A stretch of DNA of 64,000 nt from an uncultured Planctomycetota bacterium (GTDB lineage Bacteria > Planctomycetota > Planctomycetia > Gemmatales > Gemmataceae): assembly GCA_963849325.1 (NCBI GenBank), contig CAWKHF010000005.1, positions 1,088,001 through 1,152,000 on the forward strand, in the 5' to 3' direction. Each line of letters begins with the position of its first letter. Position 1 is the first letter of the stretch. This document shows positions 10,077 through 18,362 of the stretch, piece by piece. Made by a program: the position numbers and the translations under genes. The notes under the pieces are model-generated. The model did not search any database. It worked only from the letters and a program-made list of their open reading frames with translations, and was not told the DNA's origin.

Positions 10077-10319
10077 ATGCCTCCCGCCGATCTGCTGCTT
10101 ATGCTTCGCGCCCAGCCGTTTGTCCCCTTCCGTATTCATCTGTCCGATGGGACGGTGTATGAGATCCGCCATCCCGAATTGGTTTTGCTCAGCCTGGCCT
10201 CCGCGATTATCGCATTCCCGGACCCGGAACATCCCGGCTTGAATCGTTCCTGGGAGATCGTCGCCCTCCGCCACATGGTCCGCCTGGAGCGCATTGAGCC
10301 AGTCACTCAAGCCGGTTGA
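10077..10319 (+). CDS. Small planctomycete-type hypothetical protein
   Basis: AQPFVPFRIHLSDGTVYEIRHPE; SD AGGAG. Confidence 0.7.
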   Translation: MPPADLLLMLRAQPFVPFRIHLSDGTVYEIRHPELVLLSLASAIIAFPDPEHPGLNRSWEIVALRHMVRLERIEPVTQAG

Positions 10320-10338
10320 CCGACACGACCTGCTGTGG

Positions 10339-11646
10339 TCACGACCCCCACAGCCAGAGCAACAAGACGATAATCAGATTCACGCCCAGAAGCACAATCC
10401 CGATGGCGATCAGCAGCATTTTCATTCGCACCGACCAGCGCGGCGGGGCGGGTTCCGACTCCCTCTCATCGGACAAATCCATCTCCGAGGCGGAGGGGTT
10501 CGGCAAGTTATCCTCCACCGGCGGTTCGGCCTGTTCCAGAGCGGCGACCGCCTCGACGTACCACGGATCCTCTCGGCGGTCCAACGGCAGAATGGGGGCG
10601 TCCGTCGCCCAGGCGCGCAGCTCCTCCTCGACGGCCGCCGCCGAGGGTGGGCGTTCCTTCGGTTCCTTGGCCATCATCTGTTCGACAAGCCGAGCGAAGT
10701 CGGCCGGCACGGATGGGGCCAGCTCCAACAGCGGCCTCGGCTCCTCGTTGCGATGACGGCGGACCTTGTCGCGGCTGCTGCCGCCGGGGAACGGCGGTTG
10801 GCCGGTCAGGGCGAAGTACAGCGTACAGCCCAGAGCGTAAATGTCGGCCCGGCCGTCCACCCCGGCCGAATCGGTCGTCTGTTCCGGGGCGATGTAGTCC
10901 ATGGTGCCGACGATGTAACCCTGGCCGCCGATCACGCTCTCCTCGGCCTGCTCGCCCAGCATCAACGCCAGGCCGAGATCGAGCACCTTGGCATGATCGT
11001 TGGGCGTGACCATGATGTTCGACGGCTTCAGGTCGCGGTGGATCAGCCCCTGGTTGTGGGCGTGCTCCAGTCCCGAGGCGGCCTCAGCCATCAACCGAGC
11101 GGCGCGGGCGACGGACAGCGGCCCGCCCTCGGCGACGACGCGCGACAGGTTCTTGCCGGGAATGTACTCCATGGCGATGTAGTAGACGTGCTGACAAATG
11201 CCGCTCTCGTAGGTCCAGGCCAGGTGCGGATGAGCGACGCGACGGCTCATCTCCATCTCGCGCTGGAAGCGAGCCAGCAAGCGGTCTTCGTTGCGCCAGC
11301 GGCTGGGCGGCAGCAGTTTCAAGGCCACCAGTTCGCCGCTGCGCTCGTCGCGGGCCAGGTACACCGTGCTCATGCCGCCGCGACCGATCGGCGACAGGAT
11401 CTGGAAATGACCCAGGAGCAGCCCTCGGCCGGCCCCGCGCATGATCTTACTGGCCTGGAAGCGCGTCAGCTTGCCTTTGCGGACGAGGTGGTCGGCCAGG
11501 GCGCGGGGATCGTCGCGCTGTTCCTTCGGTACGTCGCGCAGCGCCTCCTGGAGCTGAGCACGGTCCAGCAGGCCGCTACGCAACACGGTCTTGAGAAAGC
11601 CCTCGACGGAGGGGAGATCGGTACGAGAAGAGGGAACCTCGGACAT
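10339..11646 (-). CDS. Ser/Thr protein kinase with C-terminal TM helix
   Basis: IGRGGMSTVY, VALK, HRDLKPSN, DLG and GTMDYIAPEQ. Confidence 0.93.
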   Translation of the reverse strand: MSEVPSSRTDLPSVEGFLKTVLRSGLLDRAQLQEALRDVPKEQRDDPRALADHLVRKGKLTRFQASKIMRGAGRGLLLGHFQILSPIGRGGMSTVYLARDERSGELVALKLLPPSRWRNEDRLLARFQREMEMSRRVAHPHLAWTYESGICQHVYYIAMEYIPGKNLSRVVAEGGPLSVARAARLMAEAASGLEHAHNQGLIHRDLKPSNIMVTPNDHAKVLDLGLALMLGEQAEESVIGGQGYIVGTMDYIAPEQTTDSAGVDGRADIYALGCTLYFALTGQPPFPGGSSRDKVRRHRNEEPRPLLELAPSVPADFARLVEQMMAKEPKERPPSAAAVEEELRAWATDAPILPLDRREDPWYVEAVAALEQAEPPVEDNLPNPSASEMDLSDERESEPAPPRWSVRMKMLLIAIGIVLLGVNLIIVLLLWLWGS

Positions 11647-11702
11647 GCGGTTTCCGGCGGTTTGGACCAGGGGCCGCTCGCGGCCCCGAACCCTGCCATC
11701 CC

Positions 11703-14266
11703 CTACTCGCGGATCTGCGCCTTGAGGACGTGCTTGAGGCGGCCCATGATTTTCTTGTGCGCGTTGCTCACTTCCTTATCTGTCAGTGTGCGGTCGTCGG
11801 CCTGATAGGTCAAGGCGTAGGCGAGGCTCTTGGTCCCGGCGGGGATGCTGTCGCCGCGGTATAGGTCGAACAGACGCAGGCCGCGGAGCAACGAACCGCC
11901 GGCGGTACGGATCTCGCCGGCCACGCGCTCGGCGGGCATGGCTTCCTCGACGATGACGGCCACGTCGCGCAGGGCAGCTGGGAAGCGCGGCACCGACTGA
12001 TACAGGGGACGCGGCAGCAGCACGCCGTGCAGCGCCTCCAGGTCGATCTCGCCGGCCAGCACCGGACGCCCGCCAAGCCGGAACGCCTCGGCGACCTTCG
12101 GATGCAATTCGCCGAAGTGGCCGAGAACGCGATCGCCCACGACCAACTCGGCGGCGCGGCCCGGATGCAGGGCCGGCACTTGGGCGGGACGATAGCTCAC
12201 GTTCGCCACGTGCAAATCGGCGAGGAGCGCTTCGAGGACGCCCTTGAGGTCGTAGAAATCCAGCATCGGCGCCGGCGCAGCGGGCGCATCACTCCAGAAC
12301 TCCGTCTGCCGAACGCCGCACAGGATGAGGGCGAGGCGGCGCGGCTCGTCGGGCAGCTTCTGGTTGGGCCGCGGCAGATAAACCGAGCCGATCTCGAATA
12401 GCCGCACGTCGTTGGTGTGTTGCAAATTCGACGCCGCCACGTCGAGCACGCCGGCGAGGAGGCTGTGCCGCATGACTTCGCGCTCGCTGCTAATGGGGTT
12501 CTGCAAACGGACGTACTCGCCCGGCGGCAGGCCCAGCGGTTTCTCGTGCTCCTCGGTCGTCAAGGCGTAGGTGATGACTTCCTGCAAGCCCAGCGCGACC
12601 AGACGGTCGCGCAGGCGCTCCTCGAAGACGAGTGGTTGATTGGTTCGCTGCTGCGGCAGCTGATCGGCCAGCAGCGTCGCCGGCAGACGATCGTAGCCGT
12701 ACAGCCGAACCAGGTCCTCAATGAGGTCCGCCGGCCCTTCCTGAATGTCGAGTCGATGCGGCGGCGCCGTCGCCCGCAGAACGTCTGCATCTCCTTCCTC
12801 GACCTGAAATTCGAGCGCCCGCAGGATGCGGACGCACTCCGCGCGTGGCAGGTCCATGCCGAGGACACGGCGGACCTCCGACATCTTCAGTTCGATGACC
12901 CGCAGCGGCAACGGTCGAGGGTAGACATCGACCAGGCCGCGACAGATCGTGGCCCCGGCGTGCGGACGCATCAACTCGGCGGCGCGCTCGACGGCGGGCT
13001 GGACCGTCTCGGGATGGATGCCCTTGCTGAAGCGCACGCTCGCCTCGCTGGGCAGGTTGAGCGCCTTCATGGTGCGGCGGATGGAAATGAAATCGAAATT
13101 GGCCGACTCCAGCAAGACGTTGCGCGTGGCGTCCGTGACCATCGTCTCGGCGCCGCCCTTGATGCCGGCCAGGGCGATTGGTCCTGCCTCATCGGCGATA
13201 ATCAGCATCTCCGTTGTCAGTTTCAAGGGGGCAGTCTTGTTGCCTTCGTCGAGCGTCGCCAACGTCTCGCCGGCGCGGGCGGGACGGATGCGAATGTGCG
13301 GCGACTTGCCGGCGGCGCGGCGCGCAGCTTATCGAAATCGAAGGCGTGCAACGGCTGGCCCCATTCCAGCAAGACGTAGTTGGTGATGTCCACGATATTG
13401 CTGATGGGCCGCATGCCGGCGTAGCTGAGGCGTCGCCGCATCCATCCCGGCGAAGGACCGATGTACACGTCTCGGAGCAGCATCGCCGCGTAACGGGCGC
13501 ACAACTTCGGGTTCTCGATGGAGACGCGCACCTGTCCCTCGATGGCCGGTCCCCCTGCTCCCCTCTCCCCCGCTTCGGGGGAGAGGGGTTGGGGGTGAGG
13601 GGGGGGCGGCAGACGCAGCGTTTGCCCCGTGAGGGCGGCGACTTCGCGGGCCACGCCGAGCATGGACAGACAGCGCGCCATGTTCGGCGTCACTTCCAGC
13701 TCCAGTACGATGTCGCCCAGGAAATCGACGGCGGGCGTGCCGGGCGCGACGTCTTCATCCAGCAGGATAATGCCCGCTTCCTTGTCGTCGTCGATGCCCA
13801 GCTCGAACGCGGAGCAGACCATCGCATCGCTGGGAATGCCGCGGATCTTCGCCGGCTTCAACTCTTGCAACGTCTTCTCGTTGCTCTTGGCATGGTGGTT
13901 GAACAGCACCGAGCCGGTCAGGGCGAGGATGACCTTCTGTCCGCAATCACCGATCTTGAGGTTCGGCGCCCCGGTGACGAGCTGCTTGGTACGGCCCTCG
14001 CCGTATTCCACAGTCGGCAGTTTCAGGTTGACGACGGCGGGATCGGGGTGCGGCTCGACTTTCTGCACGCGAGCGCTGACGATTTTGTCCGGCTGCCACA
14101 CCGGCCCGACCTCGGCGGACTTGACGCGCAGTCCCTCGGGGGGCGGCACGCCGATCAGACGGACAGCGGACACTTCCAGGCCGGCCAGAGTGAGGCGTTC
14201 GACCAACTCGGCGACGGGAACCGTCAACGGCACGTATTCCGCGAGCCACTTCAGAGGTATTTTCAT
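11703..14266 (-). CDS. pheT: Phenylalanine-tRNA ligase beta subunit (frameshift near 13260-13330)
   Basis: MKIPLKWL, LEVTPN, NIVDITNYVLLEWGQPLHAFD, RFSKG, DLIEDLVRLYGY and LFDLYRG..KSLAY. Confidence 0.95.
13560..13603. repeat. REP-like element (family F) embedded in-frame in pheT
   Basis: 44 nt identical to intergenic 37871-37914. Confidence 0.9.
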
Positions 14267-14323
14267 GGTGTCTTCTCGAATCCGTCGTGGACGTCCGCGG
14301 GACGTCGCCTCGGGTACACCCTT

Positions 14324-14353
14324 GTTATAGAGGGCGCGCCGTGCGCGGGACAA
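14324..14353 (-). promoter_or_regulatory. Putative sigma70 promoter for pheT
   Basis: TTGTCC-18 nt-TATAAC on the minus strand. Confidence 0.45.
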
Positions 14354-14469
14354 CGGCAAGCCGGCGGGCTGGACTACTCACCTTTACTCGCCCACCGAGG
14401 TAGATTACCCTCGGGGGAGAACGTGCGATCGATACGCCCTGTTCCTTGGATGCGGGAGGCAAACTCCTC

Positions 14470-15267
14470 ATGATTGTTCCGACGCCGTGGCTTTACGACC
14501 TTTCTCACATCTACCCCGAATCGGACGGGCTGCCGATGGCGGACAATACCACGCAGTATCGTTGGATGGTCACCATCAAGGGCGGCCTGGACATTCAGTA
14601 TGGCGGAGATGCCAACGTGTTCGTCGCTGGCGATCTGTTCTGGTATCCCGTCGAGGGGCACCCGGAGATCCGCGTGGCGTCGGACGTGTTGGTTGCCCTG
14701 GGTCGGCCGCGAGGCGAGCGGCGTTCGTACCTGCAATGGATGGAGGACAACGTCGCGCCGCAGGTCGTTTTCGAGATCCTCTCGCCGGGCAACACTCCGC
14801 GCGAGATGGACAACAAGCGCGAGTTTTATCAGCGCTATGGCGTCGAGGAATACTACGTCTACGATCCCGATGAACGGCATCTGGAGGGCTGGCAGCGATC
14901 CGGAGCGCTCCTGGCGGCCATCTCGACCTTGGACGGTTGGGTCAGTCCGCGTTTGGGCATTCGCTTCGACCTGTCTGCCAGGGACCTGCGGATCTTCAGC
15001 CGAGAAGGCGAATTGTTCGTCGATCCTCTCGGACTGGCGACGCAGCGCGACAGCGAGAGGCAGCAGAAAGAACAAGCCCGGCAACGCGCCGAACAGGAAC
15101 GGCAACGCGCCGAACAGGAACGACAACGCGCCGAACAGGAACGACAACGCGCCGAACAGGAACGACAGGAGAAAGAACGAGCCCAGCAACGGGAAACGGA
15201 GGCCGCCGCGCGCGCCGAACGACTCGCCGCCCAGTTGCGTGCCTTGGGCATCGAACCGGAACAATAG
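14470..15267 (+). CDS. Uma2 family (PD-(D/E)XK) putative endonuclease with coiled-coil tail
   Basis: YPESDGLPMADNTTQ, PQVVFEILSPGN, YGVEEYYVYDP and C-terminal LRALGIEP. Confidence 0.9.
   Translation: MIVPTPWLYDLSHIYPESDGLPMADNTTQYRWMVTIKGGLDIQYGGDANVFVAGDLFWYPVEGHPEIRVASDVLVALGRPRGERRSYLQWMEDNVAPQVVFEILSPGNTPREMDNKREFYQRYGVEEYYVYDPDERHLEGWQRSGALLAAISTLDGWVSPRLGIRFDLSARDLRIFSREGELFVDPLGLATQRDSERQQKEQARQRAEQERQRAEQERQRAEQERQRAEQERQEKERAQQRETEAAARAERLAAQLRALGIEPEQ
15079..15167 (+). repeat. 21-nt tandem repeat x4 (RQRAEQE)
   Basis: CG(G/A)CAACGCGCCGAACAGGAA repeated four times. Confidence 0.9.
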
Positions 15268-15298
15268 ATCCGGAAAAACGTTCAGCCGCGAAACGGCG

Positions 15299-16321
15299 TC
15301 AGGTGCCGAATTGCTGTAAGAAGCGTAGATCGTTGGCCCAGAATTGGCGGATGTCGTCGATGGCATAAGTCAGCATGGCGATGCGCTCCGGTCCCATGCC
15401 GAAGGCGAAGCCGCTGAACCGTTCCGGATCGTAGCCGCCGTTCCGCAAGACGACCGGATGGACCATGCCGGCGCCGAGGATCTCCAGCCAGCCGCTCCGT
15501 TTGCACAAGCCGCAGCCGGCGCCGGCGCAGACGATGCAGTCCATGTCCACCTCGATCGACGGCTCGGTGAACGGGAAGTAGCTGGAGCGGATACGCACCT
15601 GGCGCCGATCGCCGAACAGGCGGCGCGCGAAGGCGATGAGCGTGCCCTTCAAGTCGGCCATCGTCACGCGCTGTCCGATGGCCAATCCCTCGACCTGGTG
15701 GAACATGATCTCGCTGCGCGGCGTGATGGCCTCGTAGCGGTAGCACATGCCCGGCAGGATAACGCGGATCGGCTGCGGACACAGTTCACGCATGACGTGG
15801 ATCTGGCCCGGCGACGTGTGCGTCCGCAGCAGTACGCCGGGCGTCGTCGTGTGGAAGGTGTCCCACATGTCGCGCGCCGGATGGTGCTCCGGCATGTTGA
15901 GCAGGCCGAAGTTCGTCTCGTCGTCCTCGACCTCGGGGCTGCGATACACCTGGAAGCCCAGGTCGGCGAAGATGGCGTAGATGGCCCGCAGCGTCTGCGT
16001 CGAGATGTGTAATCGGCCGCGCCGCGCCGGCCGGCCCGGCAGCGTCACGTCGAGAGATTCCGACGCCAGGCTGCGGGCCAGGCTGCGTTCCTTCATGGCG
16101 GCGTCGGCGGCTTCGTAAGCCGAGGTCAGCTTCTTCTTCAGTTCGTTGGCCTGTCGCCCATACGCCGGGCGCTCGGTGGGTGGCAAGCCACCGGTCTTCC
16201 TGACCGCTTCCTCGACTTCACCCTTAAGGTATCGAGCATTCCAGGCGCACAGCGCCGCTTCGTCGGCACAAGCCTGCAAGTCCGCGAGCGCCCGTTGTTC
16301 CAGAGATGCGAGGTCGGACAT
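15299..16321 (-). CDS. pheS: Phenylalanine-tRNA ligase alpha subunit
   Basis: HHPARDMWDTF, LLRTHTSPGQ, FHQVEGL, YFPFTEPS and GFAFGMGPER. Confidence 0.97.
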   Translation of the reverse strand: MSDLASLEQRALADLQACADEAALCAWNARYLKGEVEEAVRKTGGLPPTERPAYGRQANELKKKLTSAYEAADAAMKERSLARSLASESLDVTLPGRPARRGRLHISTQTLRAIYAIFADLGFQVYRSPEVEDDETNFGLLNMPEHHPARDMWDTFHTTTPGVLLRTHTSPGQIHVMRELCPQPIRVILPGMCYRYEAITPRSEIMFHQVEGLAIGQRVTMADLKGTLIAFARRLFGDRRQVRIRSSYFPFTEPSIEVDMDCIVCAGAGCGLCKRSGWLEILGAGMVHPVVLRNGGYDPERFSGFAFGMGPERIAMLTYAIDDIRQFWANDLRFLQQFGT

Positions 16322-16339
16322 GATGTTCAGGGAGTCGTC

Positions 16340-16393
16340 GGAACCCGCAGCGTTAGCGAGGGAAGTGCGGCCCTCGCTAACGCTGCGGGTTCC
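16340..16393. repeat. REP-like palindrome, family D
   Basis: GGAACCCGCAGCGTTAGCGAGGG / CCCTCGCTAACGCTGCGGGTTCC. Confidence 0.8.
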
Positions 16394-16400
16394 GTTCGTT

Positions 16401-16757
16401 CTAAGGCAGGTTCGCCTTCGCCAACTCGACGATCTTGGTAAACGTATCGGGGTCGTGTACGGCCAGGTTGGCGAGCGTCTTGCGGTTCAACTCGACCTGC
16501 GCGCGCTGCAGGCCGGCGATGAGTTGGCCGTAACGCAGGCCGCGCATGCGACAGGCAGCGTTGATGCGCACGATCCACAGACGGCGGAACTCGCGTTTGC
16601 GGACGCGCCGATCGCGGAAGGCGTACACGCGGGCGCGGATGAGCGTCACCACCGCCTGCCGATACAGATGGTGCCGGCTCAGGCGGAACCCCTTGGTCAA
16701 TCGGCGCATGCGTTTGCGGCCGCGAAGGACCGTCTTGCCGCTGCGTGCTCGTGTCAT
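16401..16757 (-). CDS. rplT: 50S ribosomal protein L20
   Basis: AFRDRRVRKREFRRLWIVRINAA and LNRKTLANLA. Confidence 0.97.
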   Translation of the reverse strand: MTRARSGKTVLRGRKRMRRLTKGFRLSRHHLYRQAVVTLIRARVYAFRDRRVRKREFRRLWIVRINAACRMRGLRYGQLIAGLQRAQVELNRKTLANLAVHDPDTFTKIVELAKANLP

Positions 16758-16787
16758 GAAAAAAACTCCCTTGGCGGTCAATCTTTC

Positions 16788-16839
16788 CGAGCCTGAAGCG
16801 TAAGCGAAGAGATACTCTTCGCTTACGCTTCAGGCTCGG
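16788..16839. repeat. REP-like palindrome, family E
   Basis: CCGAGCCTGAAGCGTAAGCGAAG / CTTCGCTTACGCTTCAGGCTCGG; copies at 18290, 49179 and 51788. Confidence 0.85.
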
Positions 16840-16857
16840 GCAAGAACTCGTCTGGCG

Positions 16858-17058
16858 CTAGGCCTTGCCGCCCATGGCCTTGATGTACGTGCGCGACAGC
16901 TTGCCGCCGTCCACGATGACACCGCGCAACTGGCGCTTGCGCTTGCCGGTCTTGTGACTGAGCAAGTGCTTCTTGCCGGCCTGCCGGCGTTTCAGCTTCC
17001 CCGAAGCGGTCACGCGGAAGCGCTTCTTCGAGGCCTTGTGCGTTTTCATCTTGGGCAT
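16858..17058 (-). CDS. rpmI: 50S ribosomal protein L35
   Basis: [21 protein letters not shown]. Confidence 0.97.
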   Translation of the reverse strand: MPKMKTHKASKKRFRVTASGKLKRRQAGKKHLLSHKTGKRKRQLRGVIVDGGKLSRTYIKAMGGKA

Positions 17059-17161
17059 GGTTTGTGCCCCTCCCTTTCCATCCACTCCGCCGGGATGTCC
17101 GGGGAGAACCCTAATTGTAGAAGAAAAACGCGCGCGCGGGCAGGGGGGAAAAGAATCGGCG

Positions 17162-17707
17162 TCATGCTTTCGACGCCTTGGGGGCGAGCATGGCCGTCAT
17201 TCGTTTGCCCTCCATCGACGGCGCTTTTTCGATCTTGGCCACGTCCGCCAGCTTTTCCAGGATGCCGTCGATGATGCGTCGGCCCTCCTCGATGTGCTGC
17301 AATTCGCGGCCGCGAAACAGCACGTTGACCAGAACCTTGTCGTTGTGCTCCAGGAACTTGCGGGCCTGGTTGATCTTGGTATCGACGTCGTGTTCGCCGG
17401 TCTTGGGCCGGACGCGGATCTCCTTGAGCTTCTGCTGATGGACCTTGGTTTTGGTCTTCTTGTGCGACTGCTGATAGCGGAACTTGCCGTAGTCGAGGAT
17501 CTTGCACACCGGCGGCCGCTCGTTGGCGGCGACCTCGACGAGGTCCAGTTGCGCTTCGCGGGCCATCTCCATCGCTTGCGACGTGGGCACCACGCCGAGC
17601 TGTTCGCCGTTGACCCCGATCAGGCGAACCGGACTGATGCGGATTTGTTCGTTGATCCGCAAACCACGGTCGTGCGGCTGCTGCGAATGACGGTCGAAGG
17701 GGGGAAT
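17162..17707 (-). CDS. infC: Translation initiation factor IF-3 (predicted AUU start)
   Basis: [26 protein letters not shown] and FRGRE; in-frame ATT 8 nt after SD AAAGGAG. Confidence 0.95.
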   Translation of the reverse strand: MPPFDRHSQQPHDRGLRINEQIRISPVRLIGVNGEQLGVVPTSQAMEMAREAQLDLVEVAANERPPVCKILDYGKFRYQQSHKKTKTKVHQQKLKEIRVRPKTGEHDVDTKINQARKFLEHNDKVLVNVLFRGRELQHIEEGRRIIDGILEKLADVAKIEKAPSMEGKRMTAMLAPKASKA

Positions 17708-17955
17708 ACCTCGATCTCCTTTCGGAAAGGGACGCCCATTCGGACCGACGCTCGCCGGGCCGATGGCCCGGTCCACACGGATCGGCACGCGGCGATCCTC
17801 TTGCGTCGGCCGGAGGGAGGCGTCCGGTTCGTTGTCCTGGCGTGCCGGACCTTCCGGATAAAGACACGCCGGCGGAGGGAAGAGTTCACCGCCGGCCTTG
17901 GTGAAACTTTAACATCGAGAGACGTTGCAGGGAAGCCCCTTCCGCTCGGTCCCGT

Positions 17956-17982
17956 GAACCTTTGGTCGGATTGCTCCGTCTA
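17956..17982 (+). promoter_or_regulatory. Putative ECF-sigma promoter for the tRNA cluster
   Basis: GAACCT-16 nt-GTCTA, about 50 nt upstream of the first tRNA. Confidence 0.5.
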
Positions 17983-18032
17983 TCTCCTGTCCGGCCGAGA
18001 CACAGCGATTCACGCGGACGGCACGGATCGAT

Positions 18033-18108
18033 CCGGATGTAGGAGAGCCTGGTTGCATCCGCCGGCCCTGGAAGCCGGACCACGCTGGTTCAAATCCAGC
18101 CATCCGGA
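18033..18108 (+). tRNA. tRNA-Pro(TGG)-like, non-canonical anticodon loop
   Basis: Acceptor CCGGATG/CATCCGG plus A73; anticodon stem CCGGC/GCCGG with loop CCTGGAA; T-arm GCTGG TTCAAAT CCAGC; no encoded CCA. Confidence 0.75.
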
Positions 18109-18116
18109 CTGCATAC

Positions 18117-18202
18117 GGAAGGGCGAGCCAATTGGCGATGGCACCCCGCTCGAAACGGGGCGAGGCCGCAAGCCCTTGAGGGTTCGACTCCCTCTCCTTC
18201 CG
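18117..18202 (+). tRNA. tRNA-Ser(CGA)
   Basis: Acceptor GGAAGGG/TCCTTCC plus G73; CCCCG CTCGAAA CGGGG; long variable arm; GAGGG TTCGACT CCCTC; C at position 8. Confidence 0.85.
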
Positions 18203-18207
18203 CTGTC

Positions 18208-18277
18208 GGAGGGTCGCCGACGGGTGGCAAACCGCCCTGCTAAGGTGGTTCAGAAGGTTCGACTCCTTCACCTTCCG
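18208..18277 (+). tRNA. tRNA-Ser(GCT)-like minimal tRNA lacking the variable arm
   Basis: Acceptor GGAGGGT/ACCTTCC plus G73; ACCGCC CTGCTAA GGTGGT; only TCA before T-arm GAAGG TTCGACT CCTTC. Confidence 0.65.
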
Positions 18278-18289
18278 CTGAAGTCCTCG

Positions 18290-18337
18290 GAGCCTGAAGC
18301 GTAAGCGAAGGTTGCTCTTCGCTTACGCTTCAGGCTC
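18290..18337. repeat. REP-like palindrome, family E
   Basis: GAGCCTGAAGCGTAAGCGAAG / CTTCGCTTACGCTTCAGGCTC. Confidence 0.85.
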
Positions 18338-18362
18338 CGACGGAATCTCGTTGGTCCTGACT

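Noticed and set aside
15079-15167. Tandem repeats as a CRISPR array
   Set aside because: No spacers; it is an in-frame coiled-coil heptad repeat typical of Uma2 tails, with no cas genes.
15505-15545. Cys cluster CIVCAGAGCGLC in PheS
   Set aside because: This Zn-ribbon-like insert is common in bacterial PheS.
17940-18025. GTCCCGTGAA/TTCACGCGGAC pairing as a 6S or Y-like RNA
   Set aside because: Only a short imperfect terminal stem, overlapping the predicted promoter; no other diagnostic features.
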